Origin: Acholeplasma laidlawii PG-8A
Lineage (GTDB): Bacteria > Bacillota_I > Bacilli_A > Acholeplasmatales > Acholeplasmataceae
Length of the DNA: 32,000 bases
Direction of reading: 5' to 3'
Assembly (NCBI RefSeq): GCF_000018785.1
Contig: NC_010163.1
Coordinates: 180,001-212,000, forward strand
Position numbers and translations under genes: made by a program. Shown here piece by piece: positions 6,927 through 16,774 of the stretch. The notes below the pieces were generated by a model that ran no database searches, was not told the origin of the DNA, and was given only the letters and a program-made list of their open reading frames with translations. The first letter of the stretch is position 1. Every line of letters starts with the position of its first letter.

Positions 6927-9383
6927 ATGCGTAAATTAATCAATGGAATTTTAATCACTTTATGGGTAATAGCTTTTTTGGTATTTACTCTAGTAACCTT
7001 TACAGAAATGTTTAATCAAATTCCTAACATTAAATTCATCTCCTATATGACTTTTATAGTTATAACACTTTTAGCAGTGTTTGTTTTAATATTAACTATT
7101 GTAAATAATTATAAACAGTACATTAAGAATTTACAGAATAGACTTGCAAGGTGGAGTAAACTATCACCACGTGTCAATCAAGTTGGTGATGATGCCTTTC
7201 ATGAATTACCGATAGGTATTTTAGTACTTGATGAAGGATTAAAAGAAATTAAATGGGTGAACCAATATGCTAAAGTCATATTTGAAGGTAGGTTAATTGA
7301 CCGACCTGTTGCAGAGATATCTGCATCTTTAGCAGATTATTTATTAAGTGATAATAAACAACCCATAACTATCTCAGTTAAAGACCAAAAATATGAAGTG
7401 TTATATAAAGACTCTTTCCAAGTTATCTACCTATTTAATGTTACATCCAGAGAAAATGTGAAGTTGGAATTCATTAAAAACTTACCAGCTATTGGTATAT
7501 TAAATCTTGATAACTTTGAAGATAATATGACAAACTTTGATATCTCAGAACAAACGAGTATCAAAGGTGAGTATTTATCAGCCATAGCAGATTGGGTAGA
7601 TGAATACAATGGTTATTTAAAACCATACGGTGATAACCGAATGGTGATGTTAATCAAACGTAAACGATTAGAAGATATGATGGCTAAGAAGTTTGATATC
7701 TTAGAGCATATACGTGATATATCAACCAATTATGGTATTAGAGTGACCTTATCCATTGGTATTGCATCATGGGATTTAGAATATGATGAATTATCAGATT
7801 ATGCCCAAAACGCGATTGAACTTGCTGAAAAGCGTGGTGGTGACCAAGCGGTTGTAAATATTCAAAATCAAAAGATTGCATACTTTGGTGCGAAATTAGA
7901 ATCGATTACTAGATCAAGTAGAACCAATGCTAGGCTAGCTGCTCAAATGCTAGGGGATACCTTAAATAAGGCAGACCAAATCTATATTATGGGTCATGAT
8001 CAAACGGATTTAGACTCATTTGGTGCAATGATAGGTGCACTTAAAATGTCACTTACAACACCGGATATTGCTGCATATTTAATTGTTGATATGGAAAAGT
8101 TAGATCCGACAGTTACTGATGTTTATAATTACTTATTATCCATGAATCACCTAGTAACCAAACACGTTATTACAACTCAAGAAGCCCTAGCACGTAAAAC
8201 TAAAGATACTCTGCTCATGATTTTAGATACTCAAAACCCGCAAATCGTTCACAGTAAGGAACTTCTTGATTTAAAATTAAAGACTGCTGTCATTGACCAC
8301 CACCGTGGTAATGAAGCATCCATTAAAGGCGATTTCTCGTTTATTGATCCGGGTGCCTCATCTACAGTAGAGCTTATGATGGAGTTATTTAGTTTCTTCC
8401 CTGTTGAAATACAATTAGATGCTCCTGAGGCAAGTGTCATGTATGGTGGTATCATTTTAGATACAAACACCTTTACATATAGAACCAATGCTAGAACGTT
8501 TGATGTTGCATCTAAGTTAAAAGATTATGGTGCAGACACCATGATGGTTAAAACATGGCTAAGAAGTGATTTAAACAGAATTATTAAACAAAACGAATTA
8601 CTGGGTAAAGTTGAAATATTCTTAGATAGATTTGCTATTGTAAAGACCGAAGACGTCTTTAATGATCGTACGTTTATTGCCCAGCTTTCAGAATCCTTAC
8701 TAGAAATTAAAAATGTAGATGCATCCTTTACAATTGTTAATTTCTCAGATGGTACTGTTGGTATTTCAGCACGAAGTTTTGGTGCAATTAACGTTCAGCT
8801 ACTCATGGAAGAAATGGGCGGTGGTGGACATTTAAGTTCTGCAGCGACCCAAATTAAAGATGTAAGTGTCAATGATGCTTACCTACAATTAAAACATATA
8901 TTAGAATTAGAATATGGAGGAGACAATACACCTATGAAAGTTATATTATTAGAAGATGTTAAAGGTAAAGGTAAAAAGGATCAAGTGATTGAATTAGCAG
9001 GTGGTTATGCCAACTACTTAATTTCAAATAAACTTGCTGTTTTTGCAAATGAGGAAAACATTAAAAAACTAGAAGATAAAAAAGAAAAAGAACGTGAAGA
9101 GGCTGCAAAATACTTAGAATTAATGAAGAAGGTTGCTTCTGAAATTGAAGGTAAATCTATTACATTATCTATTAATGTTGGTGCGGATGGTAAACGCTTT
9201 GGTTCGATTACAACAAAGCAAATCGTTGAAGCATTCCATGAAAAACATGGTGTGATGATTGATAAAAAGCGTTTAGAATTAGCAAATGACATTGGATCTG
9301 TTGGTATTTATCCAGTAACTGTAAGTTTAGATAAAGGTGTAAAGGCAACATTTGAAGTAAATATAATTGAAAGAAGAGATTAG
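6927..9383 (+). CDS. gdpP: GdpP-type membrane c-di-AMP phosphodiesterase (2 TM, PAS-like, degenerate GGDEF, DHH/DHHA1) reading in frame, without a stop, into ribosomal protein L9
   Basis: 818-aa uninterrupted ORF. Two N-terminal TM helices; DHH motifs MGHDQTDLDSFGA and IDHHRG; DHHA1 motif GGGGH. Residues 1-669 match the length of a stand-alone GdpP, and residues 670-818 are L9. Confidence 0.85.
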   Translation: MRKLINGILITLWVIAFLVFTLVTFTEMFNQIPNIKFISYMTFIVITLLAVFVLILTIVNNYKQYIKNLQNRLARWSKLSPRVNQVGDDAFHELPIGILVLDEGLKEIKWVNQYAKVIFEGRLIDRPVAEISASLADYLLSDNKQPITISVKDQKYEVLYKDSFQVIYLFNVTSRENVKLEFIKNLPAIGILNLDNFEDNMTNFDISEQTSIKGEYLSAIADWVDEYNGYLKPYGDNRMVMLIKRKRLEDMMAKKFDILEHIRDISTNYGIRVTLSIGIASWDLEYDELSDYAQNAIELAEKRGGDQAVVNIQNQKIAYFGAKLESITRSSRTNARLAAQMLGDTLNKADQIYIMGHDQTDLDSFGAMIGALKMSLTTPDIAAYLIVDMEKLDPTVTDVYNYLLSMNHLVTKHVITTQEALARKTKDTLLMILDTQNPQIVHSKELLDLKLKTAVIDHHRGNEASIKGDFSFIDPGASSTVELMMELFSFFPVEIQLDAPEASVMYGGIILDTNTFTYRTNARTFDVASKLKDYGADTMMVKTWLRSDLNRIIKQNELLGKVEIFLDRFAIVKTEDVFNDRTFIAQLSESLLEIKNVDASFTIVNFSDGTVGISARSFGAINVQLLMEEMGGGGHLSSAATQIKDVSVNDAYLQLKHILELEYGGDNTPMKVILLEDVKGKGKKDQVIELAGGYANYLISNKLAVFANEENIKKLEDKKEKEREEAAKYLELMKKVASEIEGKSITLSINVGADGKRFGSITTKQIVEAFHEKHGVMIDKKRLELANDIGSVGIYPVTVSLDKGVKATFEVNIIERRD
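8934..9383 (+). CDS. rplI: 50S ribosomal protein L9 (as an internal-start product or as the C-terminal module of the GdpP ORF)
   Basis: MKVILLEDVKGKGKKDQVIELAGGYANYLI... is a canonical L9 N-domain. The 149 aa is the normal L9 size. GGAGGAG at 8916-8922 lies 11 nt upstream of the ATG at 8934. It is in the same frame as gdpP with no intervening stop. Confidence 0.8.
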   Translation: MKVILLEDVKGKGKKDQVIELAGGYANYLISNKLAVFANEENIKKLEDKKEKEREEAAKYLELMKKVASEIEGKSITLSINVGADGKRFGSITTKQIVEAFHEKHGVMIDKKRLELANDIGSVGIYPVTVSLDKGVKATFEVNIIERRD

Positions 9384-9385
9384 TT

Positions 9386-10720
9386 ATGGCCAATAAAATT
9401 CCTAACGCAGTAGATGCTGAAAAATCAGTATTAGGGGCTATTCTTTTAGATAGTCAAACTGCACCGAATATTTTTGATGAGATCTCCGAAAGTGATTTTT
9501 ACTTAAATGCACATGGACTTATCTTTCAAGCAATGAAGGATTTGTATAATGATCGTAAATCGATTGACTACACATCATTAAAATCAATCTTAGAGCATAA
9601 ATCTCAATTAGAAACTGTTGGTGGATTATCTTATATTCTTGATTTATCAGAATATACTGTATCCATTGACCATATTGATACCTATATTGAAATTGTTAAA
9701 GACTTATCCTTAAAAAGAGATGTTATTAGAATTACACAAGAGCTTGCTACTCAAGGTCTTACATCAGATATTAACTCTGCTGAATACTTAGATAAAGTTG
9801 AAGGTGCAATCTTAAGTTTATCTCAAAGAAGAAAAGTTGGAGCATTTAAAAATATCGAAGATATTGTTGGCGATGTCACCGAAAAATTACATCACTTACA
9901 AAATCAAAAAGGTGAAGTAACAGGTTTAAGAACTGGTTATGCTACATTAGATAAATATACGAATGGGCTTCAACCAGAAGAACTTATTATCTTAGCTGCT
10001 AGACCTGCTGTTGGTAAATCAGCGTTTGCGATGAACCTAGCTTTAAATGCTGCTAAGTATAATAAAGGCGGTAAAGCGGGCGTTGCAATTTTCTCTCTTG
10101 AAATGAGTAATGAACAATTAGTAACCCGTATGATAGCAAGTATGTCTCATATAGAAAACTCTAAATTAAGAACAGGTTTTTTAACACCACAAGAATGGCG
10201 TAACTATGAGAATATGACAGGTATTTTAAATGACTATAATATCTATTTTGATGATTCATCTTCATCAAATATCAATGATATTAGAGCAAAATGTCGCCGT
10301 CTTGCTCAAGAAGGTAAATTAGATTTTGTTGTGATTGACTATCTTCAATTAATTCATGCTGATGGTAATAACAGACAAGAAGAAGTTTCTAAAATCTCTA
10401 GAGCTTTAAAACAAATGGCTAAAGAATTACGTGTTCCGGTACTGGCATTAAGTCAGCTTTCTCGTGATGTTGAAAAATCAACGGATAAGCGTCCAACGCT
10501 TGCGCACTTAAGAGAATCTGGTTCGATCGAGCAAGATGCCGATATTGTTATGTTTATTCATAGAGAAGAATACTATGCAGCATCAAGTGATGGTGAACAA
10601 ACAGGACAAACAGAAATCTTGGTGCGTAAAAACCGTCAAGGACGTATTGGTGAAATTAACTTTATCTTCTCACCTCAATACTCAAGATTTGATGAACAAT
10701 CCAATATTGAAGAAGCTTAA
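9386..10720 (+). CDS. dnaB: Replicative DNA helicase (DnaB/DnaC-Bsu type)
   Basis: 444 aa. Walker A ARPAVGKSAF, Walker B FVVIDYLQL, SQLSR and the LRESGSIEQDAD motif. Confidence 0.97.
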   Translation: MANKIPNAVDAEKSVLGAILLDSQTAPNIFDEISESDFYLNAHGLIFQAMKDLYNDRKSIDYTSLKSILEHKSQLETVGGLSYILDLSEYTVSIDHIDTYIEIVKDLSLKRDVIRITQELATQGLTSDINSAEYLDKVEGAILSLSQRRKVGAFKNIEDIVGDVTEKLHHLQNQKGEVTGLRTGYATLDKYTNGLQPEELIILAARPAVGKSAFAMNLALNAAKYNKGGKAGVAIFSLEMSNEQLVTRMIASMSHIENSKLRTGFLTPQEWRNYENMTGILNDYNIYFDDSSSSNINDIRAKCRRLAQEGKLDFVVIDYLQLIHADGNNRQEEVSKISRALKQMAKELRVPVLALSQLSRDVEKSTDKRPTLAHLRESGSIEQDADIVMFIHREEYYAASSDGEQTGQTEILVRKNRQGRIGEINFIFSPQYSRFDEQSNIEEA

Positions 10721-10740
10721 TCATTATAAAACAATAACAA

Positions 10741-10770
10741 AAAAACCTGGAAAATTTCCAGGTTTTTGTT
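10741..10770. terminator. Bidirectional intrinsic terminator between convergent dnaB and dps
   Basis: Near-perfect palindrome AAAAACCTGGAAA/TTTCCAGGTTTTT, flanked by an A-run on the left and a T-run on the right, so it reads as stem plus U-tract on both strands. Confidence 0.85.
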
Positions 10771-10780
10771 TATATGCACA

Positions 10781-11215
10781 CTATTTATTGAATGCGGAAA
10801 ACATCCAAATGTGTTTTTCAAATGATGCAACAGCACCAATTAACATATCTGCTGTTTGTTCATCTTCTTGTGATTGACTTTCCTTAGTTAATGCTTTAAA
10901 TTCAGTAACTAATTGTTTTAGGTCATCCACTAATTCGTCTACCATCAATTTAGAATCTAATGTCTCTGTTTCTTTAAGTGTTGTTAGTTTTAGATAGGCA
11001 CTTAAAGTAGATGCTGGTTTACCACCGATAATAATTAATCTTTCAGCAAACGCGTCATATAATTCATTGACCTCATCGTAAAGTGATTCAAACTTTTCGT
11101 GTAAAGTGAAGAAGCCTTTCCCTTCAATAAACCAGTGAAAATGATGTAGCTTTGTGAAAAGTGTTGCAAGATTGGCTACCTGTTGATTCAATCCATTGTG
11201 TAATTGATTGTTCAT
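10781..11215 (-). CDS. dps: Dps-family DNA-protecting ferritin-like protein
   Basis: 144 aa. LHHFHWFIEGKGFFTLHEKFESLYDE is the Dps ferroxidase-site helix pattern. SD AAGGAGG is at 7-nt spacing. Confidence 0.9.
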   Translation of the reverse strand: MNNQLHNGLNQQVANLATLFTKLHHFHWFIEGKGFFTLHEKFESLYDEVNELYDAFAERLIIIGGKPASTLSAYLKLTTLKETETLDSKLMVDELVDDLKQLVTEFKALTKESQSQEDEQTADMLIGAVASFEKHIWMFSAFNK

Positions 11216-11241
11216 AAAATATACCTCCTTTGTATGACTAT

Positions 11242-11250
11242 ATCATATCA
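11242..11250 (-). promoter_or_regulatory. Extended -10 element (TGaTATGAT) for dps
   Basis: The minus strand reads TTTGATATGAT about 25 nt upstream of the dps SD. Confidence 0.35.
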
Positions 11251-11266
11251 AAAATAGGGTGTTTTG

Positions 11267-11275
11267 TGGTAAAAT
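11267..11275 (+). promoter_or_regulatory. Extended -10 element (TGgTAAAAT) for the chrA pair
   Basis: TG at 11267-11268 and TAAAAT at 11270-11275, 33 nt before the ATG at 11308. Confidence 0.35.
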
Positions 11276-11307
11276 ATACAAGCATGTGGCAGAAAGTTGA
11301 GGCGTTT

Positions 11308-11871
11308 ATGGGAAAGAATAGTTATTTCAATATATTTATTTCGTTTTTTAAAATCGGACTATTTACCTTTGGTGGTGGATATGCAATGATGCGTGTTATG
11401 GAACGAGAATTTGTAGAAAACAAAAAGTGGATGGATTCAAAATCCATGTTAGATTTACTGGCAATATCACAATCTACACCTGGACCGTTTGCAATTAATA
11501 GTGCAACCTATATTGGTTACCAACAAAAAAAGGTTGGGGGATCAGTTGCAGCAACCTTAGGTGTTGTATTACCATCCTTTATCATTATTATATTAATTAG
11601 TATATTTTTAGAAGCGTTTAGTCAAAACATTCATATTCAAAATGTTTTAAAAGGTATTAATGCAGGTGTTGCTGTATTAATATTCAATGCGTGGTTTTCT
11701 TTATCAAAAAGCTTAGGAGTGACTGTGATCAATGTCATACTCATGGCTATTGGATTTTTAATCTCATTATTTATACCAAGTTTCTCTGTTGTATACTTAA
11801 TTATCATTACTGCAATATTTGCAATCATTTATGGACTATTCATGAATCGAGGAAAAGTAGATGCTAATTGA
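11308..11871 (+). CDS. chrA: Short-chain chromate transporter (CHR family) subunit 1
   Basis: FKIGLFTFGGGYAMM and STPGPFAINSATYIG are CHR-domain motifs. I chose the ATG at 11308 (SD GAGG 6 nt upstream) rather than the TTG at 11230, which would overlap the dps promoter and RBS. It overlaps the next gene by 11 nt. Confidence 0.85.
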   Translation: MGKNSYFNIFISFFKIGLFTFGGGYAMMRVMEREFVENKKWMDSKSMLDLLAISQSTPGPFAINSATYIGYQQKKVGGSVAATLGVVLPSFIIIILISIFLEAFSQNIHIQNVLKGINAGVAVLIFNAWFSLSKSLGVTVINVILMAIGFLISLFIPSFSVVYLIIITAIFAIIYGLFMNRGKVDAN

Positions 11872-12427
11872 GTTAATACAGTTATTCCTAATATTCTTTA
11901 AAATCGGTTTATTTACATTTGGTGGTGGTTATGCAATGATACCACTTATCCGTAATGAAGTTGTTGGTGCAGGCTATCTATCGATTGTTCAAGTAGATCA
12001 ATTTATTGGTATTGCGGAATCAACACCTGGTCCTTTTGCAATAAATATAGCAACTTTTGTAGGATATAACTCGTTTGGTGTATGGGGTTCAATTTTGGCC
12101 ACTTTAGGGGTTGTTTTACCAAGTTTTATCATAATTATCTTAATTGCTATATTTAGTGCTAAAATATTAAAGTCTAAACCTGTTAGATATGCATTAAGTT
12201 GGATTAATCCATTAACTGTAGGTCTTATTTTGTCTGCTGGGGTTTCAGTTGTAATTAATGCGATTTTTGGTAGTATTGAAGGTTTAGTTGCATTTAATAC
12301 AGATTATATTGCCTTGGTGATATTTGGTCTTGTATTGGTTGTGTCATTTGTATTTAAAAAGATAAATCCTATATGGCTGATCATACTATCGGGTATACTT
12401 GGATTTATTGGTTATACTATTTTCTAA
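11861..12427 (+). CDS. chrA: Short-chain chromate transporter (CHR family) subunit 2
   Basis: Paralogous to the previous gene: FKIGLFTFGGGYAMIP, STPGPFAINIATFVGY and GVVLPSFIIIILI are repeated almost verbatim. Confidence 0.85.
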   Translation: MLIELIQLFLIFFKIGLFTFGGGYAMIPLIRNEVVGAGYLSIVQVDQFIGIAESTPGPFAINIATFVGYNSFGVWGSILATLGVVLPSFIIIILIAIFSAKILKSKPVRYALSWINPLTVGLILSAGVSVVINAIFGSIEGLVAFNTDYIALVIFGLVLVVSFVFKKINPIWLIILSGILGFIGYTIF

Positions 12428-12437
12428 GGAGAAAATT

Positions 12438-13502
12438 ATGTTTGAAAGATTAGAAGTCATGAGAAAAACGTATTATGCGTTACAAGAAAAATTGGCATCA
12501 GGTATTAGTGATGTCAAAGAGATTACAAAACTCATGAAAGAACTTAAAAGTTTAGAAGATGCTGTCGTAGCATATGAAAAATATTTAAGTTTAAAAGAAC
12601 AATTAAAAGATTTAGAAGAACTACTTGAGTTAGAAACTGAAAGTAGTGTTTTAGAAATGGCGAAAGCTGAAGAAAAATCACTAGAAAGTGATATTGAAAA
12701 CTTAGAAGAAAGTTTACGTATTTTACTTCTACCTAAAGATCCAGATGACGATAAAAACGTCATCATTGAAATTAAGGGTGCAGCAGGTGGAGATGAAGGT
12801 AACATCTTTGCAGGTGATTTATTTAAAATGTATTCTAAATATGCTGAAAGTATGGGCTGGAAAGTTACACTTGTAAATACAACACCAGGTTCTAGTGGTG
12901 GTTTTGCAGGTATAGAGTTCATCATTTCTGGTGAGAATGCATTTAGTTATTTAAAACACGAATCCGGTGTACACCGCGTACAACGCGTACCTGAAACAGA
13001 AAGCCAAGGGCGCATTCATACTTCAACTGCAGTCGTACTTGCATTACCTGAACAAGAGGATATTGAGTATGATGTCAAGTGGGAAGATATCCGTTTTGAT
13101 ACATATAACTCATCAGGTGCAGGTGGACAATCTGTTAATACAACTTATTCAGCAGTTCGTTTAACGCATATACCTACAAATGTCGTTGTAACATCACAAG
13201 AAGAACGTAGTCAACATGCAAATAAGGATAGAGCTTATAAATTATTAGTCACTCGTATTTATGATAAAATTCAACAAGAGCAACTAGAAAAAGAAGGCGA
13301 AAGTAGAAAAGCTTTAATCGGACGTGGTAACCGTAGTGAAAAGATTAGAACCTATAACTACCCACAAAACCGAGTAACAGATCACCGTATTGGTTTAACC
13401 ATTAATAGACTAGATGCAATTATGGAAGGTCGTATTGATTTAATTATCGAACCACTCATTAACGAAATCCAAAAAGAAGCATTAGAAGGACAATCAAAGT
13501 GA
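12438..13502 (+). CDS. prfA: Peptide chain release factor 1
   Basis: PET tripeptide context (RVQRVPETESQGRIHTS) and the GGQ motif (SSGAGGQSVNTT). Start is the ATG at 12438 after SD AAGGAGAA. The longer ORF from 12399 overlaps chrA and lacks an SD. Confidence 0.96.
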   Translation: MFERLEVMRKTYYALQEKLASGISDVKEITKLMKELKSLEDAVVAYEKYLSLKEQLKDLEELLELETESSVLEMAKAEEKSLESDIENLEESLRILLLPKDPDDDKNVIIEIKGAAGGDEGNIFAGDLFKMYSKYAESMGWKVTLVNTTPGSSGGFAGIEFIISGENAFSYLKHESGVHRVQRVPETESQGRIHTSTAVVLALPEQEDIEYDVKWEDIRFDTYNSSGAGGQSVNTTYSAVRLTHIPTNVVVTSQEERSQHANKDRAYKLLVTRIYDKIQQEQLEKEGESRKALIGRGNRSEKIRTYNYPQNRVTDHRIGLTINRLDAIMEGRIDLIIEPLINEIQKEALEGQSK

Positions 13503-14350
13503 CACTTCAAGACTTAGTAAAAACCTATGAAAAAAGGGTTATCAGTTTAGGTAAAGAACCACATGCAATGAGTTGGTTAATTACCGAATTATCAGGTTAT
13601 TCACCAACAGAGTTTTATTTAAAGATGAATTCTAAAGTAAGTGAAGAACTCATTAACAAAATCGAAGATGGTTTTAAACGCTACGCCATAGAAGGTACCC
13701 CTGTACAACATATTGTAGGTTACTCTTACTTTTATGGTTACAAATTTAAAGTCAGTGATCAAGTATTAATACCAAGAAGAGAAACAGAACAATTAGTGGA
13801 AGAAACACTACTTATCTATGACACATATTTTGAAGACCAAAAAGTCGATGTACTTGATTTAGGTACCGGTAGTGGAGCGATTGCTATTACATTATCTATT
13901 GAAGAACCTAACATGCAAGTAGAGGCATCAGATATCTCTGTGACAGCACTTATGGTTGCAAGAGAAAACCAATTAAACTTAAGCAGCAAAGTGAATTTTA
14001 TTGCATCGGATTGGTTTAGTAACATCAACAAAAAATACGATATAATCGTCGCAAATCCGCCTTACATTCCAAATGATGAAGCAGTAGAGGATGTTGTAAC
14101 AAAAGAACCTAGTTTAGCCCTTTACGGCGGTGTAGATGGACTTGAACCTTATGAGATTATCTTAAAGAATGCTAAAAACTATCTAAAAGAAAAGGCACTC
14201 ATTGCCTTTGAACATAGTATGTATCAAAGTGAAAATTTAAAAACTTTAATCTTAAAATATTTTAAAGATGCTAAAGTAAGACAACTAAAAGACTTACAAG
14301 GTAAAGATCGTATGACGTTTGTTGGTTTAGGTGGTGTATTTAATGACTAA
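13499..14350 (+). CDS. prmC: Release-factor glutamine N5-methyltransferase
   Basis: SAM motif VLDLGTGSGAI and catalytic NPPY (IVANPPYIP). The GTG start overlaps the prfA stop (GTGA). Confidence 0.92.
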   Translation: MTLQDLVKTYEKRVISLGKEPHAMSWLITELSGYSPTEFYLKMNSKVSEELINKIEDGFKRYAIEGTPVQHIVGYSYFYGYKFKVSDQVLIPRRETEQLVEETLLIYDTYFEDQKVDVLDLGTGSGAIAITLSIEEPNMQVEASDISVTALMVARENQLNLSSKVNFIASDWFSNINKKYDIIVANPPYIPNDEAVEDVVTKEPSLALYGGVDGLEPYEIILKNAKNYLKEKALIAFEHSMYQSENLKTLILKYFKDAKVRQLKDLQGKDRMTFVGLGGVFND

Positions 14351-14891
14351 ATTACTTATTTTCCCAACTGATACTGTTTATGGATTAGGCACACCTTATT
14401 TAGATAAGGAAGGCTTAAAACAAATCTATGAAATTAAAGGTAGAGACTTTAATAAACCCATAGCAATTTTAATTTCAAACTTAGAACAAGTAAAAGAGAT
14501 TGCTAAGGCGAGTGATAATGCTTTAAAAGTAGCATCTAAATTTTGGCCAGGTGGGTTAACACTTATCTTTGAAAGTAGTGATGCTTACTATCAACAAAGT
14601 GGAGAAAAAACAATCGGACTTAGAATGCCAAATCATAAATTAGCTTTAAAGTTAATCGATGAACTAGGACCACTAAAAACAACCTCTGTAAACTACTCAA
14701 ATCAACCACCATTAAATGATTATGATGCAATCATGAAGGTATTTGGTGATAAAGTAGACAAGGTTTACCCAAATGAAGAGTCTTTAAGTGAGGTATCGTC
14801 TACAGTCATAGACTTTACACATGATTTACCATCACTTATTAGACAAGGTGACATCACACTTGATGAAATAATGAAAGTTCTTGAAAAATAG
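14343..14891 (+). CDS. tsaC: L-threonylcarbamoyladenylate synthase, short TsaC/YrdC type
   Basis: FPTDTVYGLG, the FWPGGLTLI motif and SVNYSNQPP. I prefer the ATG at 14343 to the GTG at 14331. Its position after prfA-prmC matches B. subtilis ywlC. Confidence 0.88.
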   Translation: MTKLLIFPTDTVYGLGTPYLDKEGLKQIYEIKGRDFNKPIAILISNLEQVKEIAKASDNALKVASKFWPGGLTLIFESSDAYYQQSGEKTIGLRMPNHKLALKLIDELGPLKTTSVNYSNQPPLNDYDAIMKVFGDKVDKVYPNEESLSEVSSTVIDFTHDLPSLIRQGDITLDEIMKVLEK

Positions 14892-14920
14892 AACTTTTTT
14901 CATGAAAATTTTTCATTATA

Positions 14921-14929
14921 TGATAAAAT
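14921..14929 (+). promoter_or_regulatory. Extended -10 element (TGaTAAAAT) upstream of typA
   Basis: TG at 14921-14922 and TAAAAT at 14924-14929, 31 nt before the ATG at 14960. Confidence 0.35.
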
Positions 14930-14959
14930 GATAAAGGCTTATAAAAGGAAGTATAAAAT

Positions 14960-16774
14960 ATGGAAATTAGAAACGTTGCCATCATCGCTCACGTCGATCA
15001 TGGAAAAACTACTTTAGTAGATAAACTACTACAACAATCAAGTGAATATCGTGAAAACTCACACATGCAAGAACGTGCAATGGACAACATTGATATTGAA
15101 CGTGAAAGAGGTATTACAATTCTTGCAAAAGCTACCTCAATTGAATACGGTAATTATCGTATTAACATTATGGATACCCCAGGGCACGCCGATTTTGGTG
15201 GTGAAGTTGAACGTATTATGAAACTTGTTGATGGTGTATTACTATTAGTAGACGCTAAAGACGGTGTCATGCCACAAACAAAATTCGTTTTAAGAAAAGC
15301 TTTAGAAGAAAAATTAAAACCGATTGTTGTTATCAATAAAATTGACAGACCATTTGCAGATCCTAAAAAGACTGTAAACCAAGTGTTTGACCTATTTATT
15401 GATCTAGGTGCAACCGATGATCAATTGGAATTTCCAATTATTTATGCTTCTGGTTTATTAGGTTTATCAAGTTTTGATGTTGAATTTGAATCAGCTAAAA
15501 ATATGAAACCATTATTAGATACAATTGTTAACCATGTATCTAAACCAGATGTTAAACTTGATGGACCATTACTTTTCCAACCAGCATTAATTGACTATAA
15601 TGACTATGTTGGTCGTATGGGTATTGGTAAAGTATTTCAAGGCACATTAAAAGTAAACTCATTTGTATCTTGTCTACGTCCTAATGGAAAAGTAGATAAT
15701 TTTAGAATTCAAAAACTATATCGTTATAGTGGTTTAACAAAAGTTGAAACTGCTGAAGCTTATGCTGGCGATATTGTTGCGATTGCTGGATTAAGTGATA
15801 TCTTTGTTGGAGACACCATTACTGAAGTTGGTGAAACTACAAGATTACCTTTACTACACATCGATGAACCAACTGTTCAAATGACTTTCTTAACAAATAG
15901 TTCACCTTTTGCAGGTCAAGAAGGTAAGTTTGTTACAGCAAGTAAGATTGATGAAAGATTAACTAGAGAAGTTCAAAAAGACGTATCCTTAAAAGTGGAA
16001 AAAGAACCAGGTTCTGAAAGTTGGTTAGTTTCAGGACGCGGAGAATTACACTTAGGTATTTTAATTGAAACAATGCGTAGAGAAGGCTTTGAATTTGCTG
16101 TATCTAGGCCTAAAGTTATTATTAAAAATATCGATGGCGTATTAAGTGAACCACATGAAGAAGTTCAAGTGGATACACCTAATGAATTTGTTGGTAGCGT
16201 GATGGAATTACTCGGTAACCGTAAAGGTGAAGTTATTAAAATGGACCAAGGTGTTAACGAAACAAGACTTGTATATAACATGTCTTCACGTGGATTAATT
16301 GGCCTTATGACACAATTTTTAACTGCTACTAAAGGTTATGGTGTACTAGCACATAGTTTCTTAGAATACAAAAAAATGTCAAATGACAATATAGGTAGTC
16401 GCCAAAACGGAGCACTTGTCTCACTTAAAGATGGTCAAACTACAGCTTATGCCATTGGACACTTAGAAGATAGAGGACAATTCTTTATCGAACCAAGAGT
16501 CAATGTTTACGAAGGTATGATTGTTGGTATGAATAATAAAGATAATGACTTAGTCATCAACGTCGTTGAAGAAAAGAAATTAACAAATATGCGTACATCT
16601 GGTAAAGACAATACAGTTGTCTTAAAAAGACCAATTGAAATGAGTTTAGAAGCATGTATGGACTTCATCAATGATGATGAATTAATTGAAATTACTCCAA
16701 AATCAATTCGTATTAGAAAAAAATATTTAAAAGCAAACGAACGTAAAAAAGCAAACTATAGTCAAAATCAATAA
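14960..16774 (+). CDS. typA: Translational GTPase TypA/BipA
   Basis: 604 aa. [22 protein letters not shown] and NKID motifs, plus a BipA-specific C-terminal region. Confidence 0.96.
   Translation: MEIRNVAIIAHVDHGKTTLVDKLLQQSSEYRENSHMQERAMDNIDIERERGITILAKATSIEYGNYRINIMDTPGHADFGGEVERIMKLVDGVLLLVDAKDGVMPQTKFVLRKALEEKLKPIVVINKIDRPFADPKKTVNQVFDLFIDLGATDDQLEFPIIYASGLLGLSSFDVEFESAKNMKPLLDTIVNHVSKPDVKLDGPLLFQPALIDYNDYVGRMGIGKVFQGTLKVNSFVSCLRPNGKVDNFRIQKLYRYSGLTKVETAEAYAGDIVAIAGLSDIFVGDTITEVGETTRLPLLHIDEPTVQMTFLTNSSPFAGQEGKFVTASKIDERLTREVQKDVSLKVEKEPGSESWLVSGRGELHLGILIETMRREGFEFAVSRPKVIIKNIDGVLSEPHEEVQVDTPNEFVGSVMELLGNRKGEVIKMDQGVNETRLVYNMSSRGLIGLMTQFLTATKGYGVLAHSFLEYKKMSNDNIGSRQNGALVSLKDGQTTAYAIGHLEDRGQFFIEPRVNVYEGMIVGMNNKDNDLVINVVEEKKLTNMRTSGKDNTVVLKRPIEMSLEACMDFINDDELIEITPKSIRIRKKYLKANERKKANYSQNQ

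Noticed and set aside
6923-6934. A 3-codon mini-ORF, ATG AAT GCG TAA, overlapping the gdpP start.
   Set aside because: It is too short to evaluate and is probably just an out-of-frame ATG beside the real start at 6927.
9195-9215. GGTTCGAT-type strings (also near 10521) that resemble tRNA T-arm sequences; also a general search for tRNA, rRNA, CRISPR, IS or phage elements.
   Set aside because: Both strings lie inside rplI and dnaB coding sequence with no cloverleaf context. No intergenic gap is long enough for an rRNA. No spaced direct repeats, and no transposase or integrase ORFs, were seen.
10536-10877. A 113-aa plus-strand ORF spanning the dnaB 3' end, the terminator and the dps 3' end.
   Set aside because: It is out of frame within dnaB, runs through a strong bidirectional terminator, and is antisense to dps. 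It has no SD and no similarity to any family I recognise.
11233-11250. A PerR/Fur-like operator in the dps-chrA spacer.
   Set aside because: Only a GATATGATAT direct repeat overlapping the -10 is present. There is no 7-1-7 palindrome resembling the TTATAATnATTATAA consensus.
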